Positions 1 through 9,244 of a stretch of DNA of 64,000 nucleotides are shown piece after piece. The notes under the pieces are model-generated. The model was not told the origin of the DNA. It saw only the letters and a list, made by a program, of their open reading frames with translations, and did not search any database. This stretch comes from Lentimicrobiaceae bacterium. GTDB taxonomy: Bacteria; Bacteroidota; Bacteroidia; Bacteroidales; UBA4417. A program made the position numbers and the translations under genes. Positions within the stretch are counted from its first letter, which is position 1. Each line of letters begins with the position of its first letter. The DNA lies in the NCBI GenBank assembly GCA_041753535.1, contig JBGSUB010000080.1, positions 92,208-156,207 on the forward strand, written 5' to 3'.

Positions 1-1
1 C

Positions 2-2083
2 CGCGACCTTTCGGGAATGGCCGAATTGCATTTCTTCGATGCGCTAACTTTGAAACCGGTAGATGCTGATCTGGGTTTAACCCAAATGCAAATCCCGTTT
101 ACAGTAAAGAAAGGACAAAGCTCGCCGGTAAGCTGGAAAATAAGTATTCCCGAAGGATTGCAGGCCGTTGTTTACCGCATCACTGCTACTTCTGATGCTT
201 TCAGTGATGGAGAGGAGGCAGCCATTCCGGTCCTGACTAATCGTATGCTGGTAACCGAAAGTTTGCCTTTGCCGGTTAACGGAATGCAGCAAAAGAAATT
301 TAATTTCGAAAAGCTGGTCAACTCCGCGAAAGCGGGTTCAACCATGCGTAATTACAGACTTTCGCTCGAATATACTTCAAATCCTGCCTGGTATGCTGTA
401 CAAGCTCTTCCTTACCTGATGGAGTATCCATACGAATGTGCCGAGCAGATTTTCAGCCGGTATTATGCCAATAGCCTGGCTACTCATATAGCCAACAGCG
501 ATCCGAAAATTAAGCGCGTGTTCGAAAGCTGGAAAAGCATTTCACCCGATGCTCTTAAATCGAACCTCGAAAAGAATGAGGAACTGAAATCAGTTCTTCT
601 GCAGGAAAGTCCCTGGGTGCGCGAAGCCAGCAATGAAAGCGAGCGTAAACAGCGCATTGCCTTGCTTTTCAACCTTAACCGTATGGCTTCGGAACAGACT
701 TCGGCCCTTAAAAAACTACGCGATATGCAGAACCCGAATGGCGGTTGGCCCTGGTTTCGCGGAATGCCCGAAAGCCGCTATATCACACAGCATATCGTAA
801 CCGGTCTTGGTCATCTTTACTATCTGGAAGTGATGAATCCGGTTGAAAACACTGAGATACAGGAAATGCTTAAAAAAGCAATCAGTTTTCTGGATGAAGA
901 GATAAAAATCAATTTCGAAAAACTAAAAAAAGATGATAAGGAATACCTCAAAAATAATCATCTGGGTTATGATGATATTCAGTATTTGTATGCACGGACT
1001 TACTTTATGGCTGATTTCCCAATAGCGAAAGAAAACTATGAAGTGCTTGAATATTATAAATCGCAATCCGCAAAATACTGGAAGTCGCAGAACAATTACA
1101 TGAAAGCGATGATAGCTTTGTACATGAACCGTTTTGGTGACGAAAAAACAGCCTCTCTGGTAATGCGTTCATTGAAAGAAACAGCCTTGCATAACGAGGA
1201 AACGGGAATGTTCTGGCGAAATGAACAACGCGGCTGGAACTGGTACCAGGCACCGGTCGAAACACAAGCTTTGCTTATTGAAGCTTTCGACGAGGTAAGT
1301 GACGATCAGAAATCGGTGGAAGAAATGAAAATATGGCTGCTGAAGCAAAAGCAAACCCAGGACTGGAAAACCACCAAAGCCACAACTGAAGCAGTGTACG
1401 CATTATTACTTCGCGGAACTTCATTACTTGCGTCCGACAAGCAAGTTGAGGTTACATTAGGGACAGAAAAAGTTGATCCTTACAAACAGGACGGTTCGAA
1501 ACCCGAAGCCGGAACAGGATATTTTAAAACCAGCTGGGACGCTGCGTCCATAAAACCTGAAATGGGAAAAGTTACTGTTAACAATCCAAACCCAACAGTT
1601 GCCTGGGGCGCACTGTACTGGCAGTATTTCGAACAACTTGATAAAATTACACCGGCGCAAACGCCGCTCAGTATTTCGAAAAAGCTGTTCCGCGAAGTCA
1701 ACACACCAACTGGTCCGGTTATTGAACCTGTTACTGAAAATACGATTGTTAAAACCGGCGATAAAATTGTTGTCCGCGTTGAACTTCGCTCCGATCGCGA
1801 TATGGAATATATCCATTTGAAGGATATGCGCGCATCAGCTTTTGAACCGGTAAATGTACTTTCAGGATACCGCTACCAGGATGGACTTGGATATTACGAA
1901 TCAACACGGGATGCTTCCACCAACTTCTTCATTTCCTATCTCCCGAAAGGAACCTATGTGTTCGAATACAAATTGGTTGCCACACAAAAAGGCGATTTCT
2001 CGAACGGAATAACTTCGGTGCAATGCATGTATGCGCCTGAGTTTTCAGCACATTCGGAAGGCGTGAGAGTTACGGTGGAATGA
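2..2083 (+). CDS. alpha-2-macroglobulin family protein, C-terminal ~690 aa (5' end lies outside the window)
   Basis: Reading frame is open to the window edge. Thioester-type motif context YPYECAEQ, followed by a long C-terminal region typical of bacterial A2M. Stop at 2081-2083. Confidence 0.85.
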   Translation, partial: RDLSGMAELHFFDALTLKPVDADLGLTQMQIPFTVKKGQSSPVSWKISIPEGLQAVVYRITATSDAFSDGEEAAIPVLTNRMLVTESLPLPVNGMQQKKFNFEKLVNSAKAGSTMRNYRLSLEYTSNPAWYAVQALPYLMEYPYECAEQIFSRYYANSLATHIANSDPKIKRVFESWKSISPDALKSNLEKNEELKSVLLQESPWVREASNESERKQRIALLFNLNRMASEQTSALKKLRDMQNPNGGWPWFRGMPESRYITQHIVTGLGHLYYLEVMNPVENTEIQEMLKKAISFLDEEIKINFEKLKKDDKEYLKNNHLGYDDIQYLYARTYFMADFPIAKENYEVLEYYKSQSAKYWKSQNNYMKAMIALYMNRFGDEKTASLVMRSLKETALHNEETGMFWRNEQRGWNWYQAPVETQALLIEAFDEVSDDQKSVEEMKIWLLKQKQTQDWKTTKATTEAVYALLLRGTSLLASDKQVEVTLGTEKVDPYKQDGSKPEAGTGYFKTSWDAASIKPEMGKVTVNNPNPTVAWGALYWQYFEQLDKITPAQTPLSISKKLFREVNTPTGPVIEPVTENTIVKTGDKIVVRVELRSDRDMEYIHLKDMRASAFEPVNVLSGYRYQDGLGYYESTRDASTNFFISYLPKGTYVFEYKLVATQKGDFSNGITSVQCMYAPEFSAHSEGVRVTVE

Positions 2084-2321
2084 AAGTGTAATTTATAGTC
2101 TGAAAAATCAGGGAATTTTATTTTCTGAAATACACGAACTGTTGCAAGACTGATAGAATCATTAATTCATTTCAAGGATGAATTATTATGGACAATAGGA
2201 AAAGAGATTTTTGGGACTTATACGCGGATTTTAAGTTCTATTCGATAATTATTGTGATAATAGTACTCTTATTACTAACACTTTTCTAAATTACCTATTC
2301 CTTCATTTACATCATTTTATT

Positions 2322-2351
2322 AAACCTGACAGGCTTTTAAAACCTGACAGG
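2322..2351. promoter_or_regulatory. 12-bp direct repeat AAACCTGACAGG x2 (2322-2333 and 2340-2351), about 100 bp upstream of xdhC
   Basis: Exact 12-mer occurs twice, 18 bp apart start to start, in the noncoding gap before the xdh operon. Candidate regulator binding site or member of the word-repeat family. Confidence 0.3.
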
Positions 2352-2452
2352 TATAGCACTTATCAAGACCCAAATCCTTCCCGATAAAATAAACAGTCTC
2401 TTTAATTAAATGGCGGTCATTTTTTTATAATTTAGCAGGATAATATAAGTTC

Positions 2453-3223
2453 ATGCAGGAAATTTTTAAAGATCTGAGATCAGTTATTGAGCAGGGAATT
2501 CCGGCTGTTTTATGTATAGTAACCCAAACTACCGGATCTACTCCACGAAAAGCCGGATCAAAAATGCTTGTATTTCAGGATGGTTCAATTAAGGGTACGA
2601 TTGGCGGTGGAAGTATTGAATACCAGGTTATTCAGGATGCTTTGAAAATTATTTCGTGCGGAATGCCATTTTCGCGTGAATTTCACCTCGAAGATGACCT
2701 GAAAATGCACTGCGGAGGATCCATGGAAGTATATTTCGAGCCTGTTGGATGCCTGCCTAAACTTTACATATTCGGTGGCGGACATATAGGCAAAGCCCTT
2801 GCCGACTACGCATCAGGGCTTGGATTCAGGCCGTTTGTATTTGATCAGCGCGAAGATATTTTCGAAACCTGGAATTTGAGCGGAATTGAAACACGAACCG
2901 GCGATTTTTTACAAATAATTGATTCGCTTGCGTTCGACAACAGCACGTATATTGCCATAGTCACTCATAAGCACGAATTCGATGAGACGGTTTTACTGGC
3001 CTGCCTTCCCCGCGAATTTGCCTACCTTGGAATGATAGGAAGCAAACGAAAAGTAGCTGAAATCAGGAAAAATGCACTGGAAAACAAATCTGTATCCGCA
3101 GACCGGCTAAACATGGTTGATATGCCCATCGGTATTCCATTTGCCGCCGAAACGCCAGCCGAAATTGCCATCAGCATTATTGCCAGAATGATTGACGTGA
3201 AAAACACCCTGAAAAAATCATGA
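2453..3223 (+). CDS. xdhC: XdhC/CoxI-family xanthine dehydrogenase accessory (Mo-cofactor insertion) protein
   Basis: N-terminal XdhC_CoxI-like LCIVTQTTGSTPRKAGSKMLV...GTIGGGSIE, then Rossmann-like LYIFGGGHIGKAL. 4-nt ATGA overlap with the next gene. Confidence 0.85.
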   Translation: MQEIFKDLRSVIEQGIPAVLCIVTQTTGSTPRKAGSKMLVFQDGSIKGTIGGGSIEYQVIQDALKIISCGMPFSREFHLEDDLKMHCGGSMEVYFEPVGCLPKLYIFGGGHIGKALADYASGLGFRPFVFDQREDIFETWNLSGIETRTGDFLQIIDSLAFDNSTYIAIVTHKHEFDETVLLACLPREFAYLGMIGSKRKVAEIRKNALENKSVSADRLNMVDMPIGIPFAAETPAEIAISIIARMIDVKNTLKKS

Positions 3224-4671
3224 GCTCCACGCACAATAAAATTCAGTTTGTATTGAACGACCAGATTGTTACGGTTGATTTTAATACAAATCCTGAATTA
3301 AAGCCAACAACCACGGTGCTTAATTACCTTCGGTCGTTACCTGGTCATAAAGGTGTAAAAGAAGGCTGTGCCGAAGGTGATTGTGGCGCATGTACCGTGG
3401 TTATTGCAGAAATTACCGATGAAAAACTTGCATATAAGACCATCGACAGCTGCCTGGTTTTCCTTCCCATGATTCATGGTAAACAACTGATCACTGTTGA
3501 AAATCTGGCGGATGACAACCAGCTTCATCCTGTTCAGCTGGAAATGGTAAACCACAATGGAAGCCAGTGCGGGTATTGCACTCCGGGCGTTGTAATGTCG
3601 TTGTTCGGGCTTTACAAAAACCATCATAACCCGGGTCGGGAAATGATTGAAGATTCACTCACGGGCAATCTTTGCCGTTGCACTGGTTATCAATCAATAA
3701 TTAAAGCCGCTGAACATGCCTGTTCGTGCGTTGATACGGATAAATTCAAACTTCACGAAACAAAAATTATCGATTTGCTCCGTGAAATAAACCGGGATAA
3801 ATCGACTATCGAAGTATCAACTCCTGATCAGAATTATTACAAGCCACTGACATTGATTGCTGCACTTGCATTGCGGCGGAAATATCCACACGCAACACTC
3901 GTTGCCGGTGCTTCAGATACCGCGCTCAGGCAGACAAAAAAGCACGAGTTATTAAACGAAATTATTGATATTTCAGATATTGCTGAACTGAAGTCTTTTG
4001 TTGAAGATGAAAATAGTTTCAAAATCGGCGCTGGCTTGAATCTTGAACAACTGAAGTCACATTCAGTTGAAAAACTTCCTGCTCTGTATAAAATGCTGCA
4101 GATTTTCGGATCACTTCAAATCCGGAACCTGGCAACCATCGGGGGTAATATTGGTTCTGCATCACCCATCGGCGATATGCTTCCGGTGCTCATGGCTTAC
4201 AAAGCACATATTAAATTACAATCGGAAACTTCCGAAAGAATGGTTTGGATTGAAGAATTTATAAAAGGATACCGTTCCACCGATATCCGATCCGACGAAA
4301 TGATTACTACCGTGCATATTCCAAAACTCCCGGGAGATACTTTTGTGTATTCCTATAAAGTTTCGAAGCGGAAAGACCTTGACATCTCAACCGTTAGCGG
4401 AGGGTTTTCACTGAAACTTGAAAATGGACATGTGAAAGAAATAATACTCGCCTTTGGCGGAATGGCCGATCAGCCGAAGCGTGCTTCCGAAACTGAGCAT
4501 TATCTTCAATGGAAGTCCTGGACGAGAACGAATGTGGAACATGCCATAAAAATACTCGTACATGAGTTTACACCCTTGAGTGATGCCCGCTCAGGTGCTG
4601 AATACCGCAGACTTGTTGCCGGCAATCTTTTACTGAAATTCTATACAGAAACTTCAACTCCCGGGCTATGA
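3220..4671 (+). CDS. xdhA: xanthine dehydrogenase small subunit (two 2Fe-2S domains plus FAD-binding domain)
   Basis: Plant-type 2Fe-2S CAEGDCGACTV. Second cluster CGYCTPG...CRCTGY. FAD-binding/CO-dehydrogenase flavoprotein-like region LVAGASD...ATIGGNIGSASPIGD. ATGA overlaps on both sides. Confidence 0.9.
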   Translation: MSSTHNKIQFVLNDQIVTVDFNTNPELKPTTTVLNYLRSLPGHKGVKEGCAEGDCGACTVVIAEITDEKLAYKTIDSCLVFLPMIHGKQLITVENLADDNQLHPVQLEMVNHNGSQCGYCTPGVVMSLFGLYKNHHNPGREMIEDSLTGNLCRCTGYQSIIKAAEHACSCVDTDKFKLHETKIIDLLREINRDKSTIEVSTPDQNYYKPLTLIAALALRRKYPHATLVAGASDTALRQTKKHELLNEIIDISDIAELKSFVEDENSFKIGAGLNLEQLKSHSVEKLPALYKMLQIFGSLQIRNLATIGGNIGSASPIGDMLPVLMAYKAHIKLQSETSERMVWIEEFIKGYRSTDIRSDEMITTVHIPKLPGDTFVYSYKVSKRKDLDISTVSGGFSLKLENGHVKEIILAFGGMADQPKRASETEHYLQWKSWTRTNVEHAIKILVHEFTPLSDARSGAEYRRLVAGNLLLKFYTETSTPGL

Positions 4672-6992
4672 AAACTGGAGAGATGAAACACGACAGCGCC
4701 ATAAAACATGTAACCGGACAATCGGTTTACGTGAACGATATTGAGATGAACCATCAGCTGGTCGGAAGGGTTGTTTACAGTCCGGAAGCACATGCACGTA
4801 TAAGTTTAATCGATACAAAAGCTGCGTTAAAACTGAATGGTGTTGTTGCCATCCTTACTTATAAGGACATTCCCGGCGCGAACCAGATGGGCCCGGTGGT
4901 ACATGACGAACCTTGTCTTGCCGAAGATGAGGTTACTTTTATTGGCCAGGCCATCGCCCTGATTGCGGCTGAAACCGAAGAATCGGCCATTAAAGCTGAA
5001 AAGCTGATCCGCGTTGAGTTTGAAGAGCTCGAAACCATTCTAGATCTCCGTGAAGCTATTGCAAAAAATAACCTGATCACGTCTCCGCGAATTATCGAAT
5101 GTGGAAAAGTTGCCGAAACGCTGAAATCGGCACCACACGTAATTTCCGGTGAGATCGAAACCGGTGCCCAGGAACATTGGTACCTCGAAACACAATCGGC
5201 ACTTGCCATTCCCGGTGAAGGGAAGGAAATGCTGATCCATGCTTCGAGCCAGAACCCTACCGAAACCCAGGCCATTGTTGCCGAAGTGCTTGGAATTGCC
5301 AAAAATGAAGTGGATGTTGAAGTCCGCAGAATGGGTGGCGGTTTTGGTGGAAAAGAAACGCAGGGAAATCATGTGGCCGCATGGGCTGCCTTGCTTGCAT
5401 ACGCTACCCGCAGACCTGTTGCCATCCACCTTTTCCGCGACGACGACCAGAAAATTACCGGCAAACGGCACCGTTTTCTTTCAAAATACCAGATCGGGTT
5501 TAATGACGAAGGTAAAATTCTTGTTTATTCCGTCGAACTGAACTCCGATGCCGGTTCCTCAACTGATCTGAGTCGTGCCATTCTCGAACGGGCAATGCTT
5601 CATGCAGAAAACGCCTATTATATTCCGAATGTTAAAATTGTTGGTAAGGCATATAAAACCAATCTGCCTTCAAATACTGCTTTCCGCGGTTTTGGAGGGC
5701 CACAGGGCATGGCTGTTATTGAAACTGCAATTGATAAAATTGCCCGCTTCCTGAAAAAAGACCCGGCAGATATTCGTAAGCTTAACTTTTATGGAATCGG
5801 TGAGATGCACATCACGCCTTATGGCGAAATTGTCGCAAATAGCCGCCTTCATGTGATGTTCGACCAGTTAATAGCTTCTTCAGATTATTTCGAACGCAGG
5901 AAAGTTATTTCTGAATTCAACCAGAAAAACGAATTTGTAAAACGAGGTATTTCGCTTACGCCGGTAAAATTTGGCATTTCGTTTACAACTGCTTTTCTCA
6001 ACCAGGCCGGTGCATTGGTAAATATCTTTAATGACGGAACCATTGCCATAAACCATGGCGGAACCGAAATGGGGCAAGGTCTGAATACTAAAATTCATGG
6101 GATTGCAGCCGCCGAATTCGGAGTTTCTCCTGAATTAATAAAAATAAGTGTTACCAATACTTCAAAAGTCCCGAACACGTCTGCAACAGCCGCTTCTTCA
6201 GGCAGCGACCTGAATGGTATGGCTGTAAAAAATGCAATTGAAAAACTTAAAAAACGCCTCGCAGAAATAGCTGCTGAGGAACTGAAAGCTTTACTTAAAA
6301 AGGATAACATCACTGCTGACCAGGTTATTTTTGATGAGAATTCAGTTTTTGATTTTGCGCATCCGGAAATAAAAATATCATTCTCAGAACTTGTGAAACA
6401 GGCCTATCTGAAACAGGTAAGCTTAAGTGCAACAGGGTTTTATAAAACACCGGGTATCTTTTACGACCGCGAACTTGGCAAAGGCAACCCTTTCTATTAT
6501 TATGCTTATGGAATGGCGGTTTCCGAAGTGGAAGTGGACACGCTCACCGGGGAATCAAGACTTTTACGTTCCGATGTTTTACACGATGTAGGCGATTCGT
6601 TAAACAAAGAAATTGATATCGGGCAGATTGAAGGCGGTTTTATCCAGGGTGTTGGTTGGGTTACAACCGAAGAAATAAAATGGGACAAACGCGGCCACCT
6701 GATTACTCATTCGCCCGATACGTATAAAATACCTACGGTAAATGATATCCCCGATATTTTCAATGTTGAACTGTTAACAGGTTACCCTAACGAAGGCACC
6801 ATCCGAAAAAGCAAAGCCGTAGGCGAGCCTCCGCTGATGCTGGCATTTTCAGTATGGCTGGCAATTAAAGATGCCGTTTCAGCTGTTGGAAATCACTTGT
6901 TCGAACCTTCGTTTTCGCTGCCTGCAACGGCGGAAGTTGTTCTTTTAAGTATCGAAGAAATTAAAAAAAAGGGATTGGGTGTTAGGGTTTAG
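4668..6992 (+). CDS. xdhB: xanthine dehydrogenase molybdopterin-binding subunit
   Basis: Motifs RRMGGGFGGKETQ, AFRGFGGPQGM, HGGTEMGQGL and AVGEPP, typical of the XDH/aldehyde oxidase large subunit. The last codons and the TAG stop lie inside a G-rich repeat. Confidence 0.92.
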   Translation: MKTGEMKHDSAIKHVTGQSVYVNDIEMNHQLVGRVVYSPEAHARISLIDTKAALKLNGVVAILTYKDIPGANQMGPVVHDEPCLAEDEVTFIGQAIALIAAETEESAIKAEKLIRVEFEELETILDLREAIAKNNLITSPRIIECGKVAETLKSAPHVISGEIETGAQEHWYLETQSALAIPGEGKEMLIHASSQNPTETQAIVAEVLGIAKNEVDVEVRRMGGGFGGKETQGNHVAAWAALLAYATRRPVAIHLFRDDDQKITGKRHRFLSKYQIGFNDEGKILVYSVELNSDAGSSTDLSRAILERAMLHAENAYYIPNVKIVGKAYKTNLPSNTAFRGFGGPQGMAVIETAIDKIARFLKKDPADIRKLNFYGIGEMHITPYGEIVANSRLHVMFDQLIASSDYFERRKVISEFNQKNEFVKRGISLTPVKFGISFTTAFLNQAGALVNIFNDGTIAINHGGTEMGQGLNTKIHGIAAAEFGVSPELIKISVTNTSKVPNTSATAASSGSDLNGMAVKNAIEKLKKRLAEIAAEELKALLKKDNITADQVIFDENSVFDFAHPEIKISFSELVKQAYLKQVSLSATGFYKTPGIFYDRELGKGNPFYYYAYGMAVSEVEVDTLTGESRLLRSDVLHDVGDSLNKEIDIGQIEGGFIQGVGWVTTEEIKWDKRGHLITHSPDTYKIPTVNDIPDIFNVELLTGYPNEGTIRKSKAVGEPPLMLAFSVWLAIKDAVSAVGNHLFEPSFSLPATAEVVLLSIEEIKKKGLGVRV

Positions 6993-7002
6993 GGTTTAGT
7001 GG
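6971..7002 (+). repeat. G-rich TTAGGG/TTTAGGG-like word repeat (GGGATTGGGTGTTAGGGTTTAGGGTTTAGTGG) overlapping the xdhB stop
   Basis: Read directly. Four G3 runs separated by 3-5 nt (canonical G-quadruplex pattern). Imperfectly complementary to the C-rich element at 7047-7086. Confidence 0.8.
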
Positions 7003-7046
7003 AACAAGATTTTCCTTTCAAAGCACATACTCCACGCTAGCACAAT

Positions 7047-7086
7047 CCCACCCTAAAACCTAACCCCCAAAGCCTAACCCCATAAA
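7047..7086 (+). repeat. C-rich CCTAA-type word repeat, copy 1 of a direct repeat bracketing the TA cassette
   Basis: CCCACCCTAAAACCTAACCCCCAAAGCCTAACCCCATAAA. Shares an identical 19-mer CCTAACCCCCAAAGCCTAA (7059-7077) with 7827-7845. Confidence 0.85.
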
Positions 7087-7183
7087 TAGAGTATATAATG
7101 GAAGAAATTTATTTAGAACTAAAATTCTCAACTGCCTGGGCTTTTATTCTAAAAAATTCTAAAGAAAATACAAATGTCTATAA

Positions 7184-7215
7184 TTTGTACTTAAATTTGT
7201 ACTCAATAATGTACA
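7184..7215. promoter_or_regulatory. candidate yefM-yoeB operator (TTTGTAC x2 plus TGTACA palindrome)
   Basis: TTTGTAC at 7184-7190 and 7196-7202, TGTACA at 7210-7215, 17-48 bp upstream of the yefM ATG. E. coli yefM-yoeB operators are built on TGTACA cores. Confidence 0.5.
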
Positions 7216-7231
7216 AATAAAATATAATATC

Positions 7232-7486
7232 ATGTTAACAACAACAATTTCCGATTTCCGAAAAGATATCAAAAGATATCTTGACCGGGTGACTGAAAAC
7301 TTTGAGACATTGATAATTAACAGGGGTAAAGACAGTGGTGTAGTAATCATGTCTTTAGACGAGTACAATTCGCTGAATGCAACCTATCACGAATTGTCAT
7401 CCAAGATAAATGAGAAAAGATTAGATTCAGCTATCGAAAAGCTCAAAACCGGCTCATCATTTCAAAAAGACCTTATAGAAGAATGA
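7232..7486 (+). CDS. yefM: type II antitoxin, Phd/YefM family
   Basis: 84 aa. N-terminal ISDFRKDIKRYLDRV...VVIMSLDEYNSL typical of YefM. 4-nt overlap with the downstream toxin gene. Confidence 0.88.
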   Translation: MLTTTISDFRKDIKRYLDRVTENFETLIINRGKDSGVVIMSLDEYNSLNATYHELSSKINEKRLDSAIEKLKTGSSFQKDLIEE

Positions 7487-7740
7487 GATATACTTTTGTT
7501 GATGAGTCGTGGGAAGATTATTTATACTGGCAAAAAACCGAGAAGAAGATTTTGTCAAAAATAAATGATTTGCTGAAGGACATTTCACGAACTCCTTTCA
7601 CAGAACTGGGAAAACCAGAACCATTAAAACATAAATATAAAGGATATTGGTCGCGCAGAATTAATGGCGAACACCGATTGATTTATAAAGTTAAAGGTGA
7701 TGAAATATTAATTGCCAAATGCAGATTTCATTATGACTAG
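7483..7740 (+). CDS. yoeB: type II toxin, Txe/YoeB family mRNA interferase
   Basis: 85 aa. SWEDYLYWQKTEKKILSKINDLLKDISRTPF...GKPEPLKHKYKGYWSRRINGEHRLIY...CRFHY matches the YoeB family pattern, including the C-terminal H-Y. Confidence 0.9.
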   Translation: MRYTFVDESWEDYLYWQKTEKKILSKINDLLKDISRTPFTELGKPEPLKHKYKGYWSRRINGEHRLIYKVKGDEILIAKCRFHYD

Positions 7741-7818
7741 CGATTAATAAAAGAACTTGACAACTGCAATTATCTGTAAATATGCCTATTTGGATGGTGT
7801 GTTTTAGCAGGTTTCCAG

Positions 7819-7857
7819 CCCTAAATCCTAACCCCCAAAGCCTAAAACCCCTATAAA
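7819..7857 (+). repeat. C-rich CCTAA-type word repeat, copy 2, abutting the ygeY start codon
   Basis: CCCTAAATCCTAACCCCCAAAGCCTAAAACCCCTATAAA. Only one G between 7819 and the ATG at 7859. Confidence 0.85.
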
Positions 7858-7858
7858 A

Positions 7859-9046
7859 ATGGAAGATATTTTTCAAAAAATCAACACCCTCTCACACAAG
7901 TACAGAGACTACACTGCTCAAAACCTCTCAAAACTGGTTAAGATCAAATCGACCAGCATGTACGAAAAAAATGTCCAGCTGGAGCTGAAACGGCAGATGG
8001 AAGAAGCCGGTTTCGACGAAGTTCGTATCGACGGGCTCGGAAATGTGATCGGCCGTATCGGAAACGGAAAACGCATCCTGGCCATTGACGGCCATATGGA
8101 TACCGTGGATGTTGGCAACGCCGCAAACTGGACTTTTGATCCTTTCGGTGGAGAAATAAAAGATGGCTACGTTTTTGGTCGTGGCACCGTGGATCAGAAA
8201 GGTGGTCCGGCAGCAGCTGTTACCAGCGGACGAATTCTGAAAGAACTCGGTTTCGACCGCGACCTTACCGTATTAGTAGTCGGAAGTGTTATGGAGGAAG
8301 ACTGCGACGGACTTTGCTGGAAATACCTCGTTGAAGAAGAAAATGTACGGCCTGATTTTGCCATCAGCACAGAACCAACCAACCTGAATATTTACCGAGG
8401 CCACCGCGGTAGGATGGAAATACTGGTAAGATTTAAAGGCCTTTCCTGTCATGGCAGCGCTCCCGAACGTGGCATCAACGCTATTTATATGGCTGCTAAA
8501 GCGGCTCTCGAAATCGAGAAATTAAATGAACGTTTAGCTACTGACGAATTCCTTGGAAAAGGCTCTGTTACCATTTCGGAAATCAAATCCGGAAGTCCTT
8601 CACTCTGCGCTGTAGCTGATTATGCTGAGTTCCATCTCGACCGTCGCCTTACCTGGGGCGAGACCAAGGAATCAGCCGTTGCCGAAATCCAGGAAATCAT
8701 CAAAGACATGGATGCTACCGTTGAAGTGTTGCATTACGAAGAAGTTGCTTACACCGGCCTGAAATACGGTATGGAGAAATACTATCCGACCTGGAAAATC
8801 CCGGCAGAACATATTGCTGTAACTACCGGTGTGGAAGCTTATAGACAGCTTTTTCACAAAGATCCGATTGTTGATAAATGGACATTTTCCACCAACGGCG
8901 TAACTATTAACGGATATTACGGAATCCCTATCATAGGTTTTGGTCCGGGCAACGAGGTATTTGCCCATGCACCAAACGAAAAAGTTCCTATCGAACATCT
9001 GGAAACCGCAGCAGCTTTTTATGCGGCGTATGCTTTCCTGATATAA
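7859..9046 (+). CDS. ygeY: YgeY-family M20 peptidase-type hydrolase (selenium-metabolism-linked hydrolase family)
   Basis: Collinear with E. coli YgeY as I recall it: EEDCDGLCWKYLVEE, YRGHRGRMEI...SCHGSAPERGINAI, VDKWTFSTNGV...GFGPGNEVFAHAPNEK. Confidence 0.9.
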   Translation: MEDIFQKINTLSHKYRDYTAQNLSKLVKIKSTSMYEKNVQLELKRQMEEAGFDEVRIDGLGNVIGRIGNGKRILAIDGHMDTVDVGNAANWTFDPFGGEIKDGYVFGRGTVDQKGGPAAAVTSGRILKELGFDRDLTVLVVGSVMEEDCDGLCWKYLVEEENVRPDFAISTEPTNLNIYRGHRGRMEILVRFKGLSCHGSAPERGINAIYMAAKAALEIEKLNERLATDEFLGKGSVTISEIKSGSPSLCAVADYAEFHLDRRLTWGETKESAVAEIQEIIKDMDATVEVLHYEEVAYTGLKYGMEKYYPTWKIPAEHIAVTTGVEAYRQLFHKDPIVDKWTFSTNGVTINGYYGIPIIGFGPGNEVFAHAPNEKVPIEHLETAAAFYAAYAFLI

Positions 9047-9244
9047 CAAAATATTCTGTAAAAAACTTTGCGCCCTTAGCGATCAACTTTGCGTCATTGC
9101 GGTAAAATTTTTAACACAAAGACGCAAGGAAAAAGCAAAGAACGCTAAGTGCTTAAAAGTTCATTTTACTGAATATCTGAAAAAAGAAAAAAACATATCT
9201 ACCTCTTTTTACCTATTTCCCCATTAACTGTTAACTACCTAAAT

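Noticed and set aside
2188-2289. 33-codon ORF (MDNRKRDFWDLYADFKFYSIIIVIIVLLLLTLF) in the gap before xdhC, looking like a small tail-anchored membrane peptide.
   Set aside because: It is too short to support from sequence alone. It lies in AT-rich DNA where hydrophobic (T-rich) ORFs arise by chance, and there is no recognisable homology or coupled partner. It would need conservation or ribosome-profiling evidence.
6971-7086. Telomere or replicon end suggested by the TTAGGG/TTTAGGG/CCCTAA repeats.
   Set aside because: Only 2-6 degenerate units occur per site. They are embedded between ordinary genes on both sides and occur at many internal positions, so they are dispersed word repeats rather than a chromosome terminus.
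7859-9046. Selenocysteine (in-frame TGA) recoding in ygeY, xdhA/xdhB or neighbouring genes, given the selenium-linked annotation of the family.
   Set aside because: All these ORFs are full length and collinear with their families, with no internal TGA. No SECIS-like hairpin after a TGA was seen.
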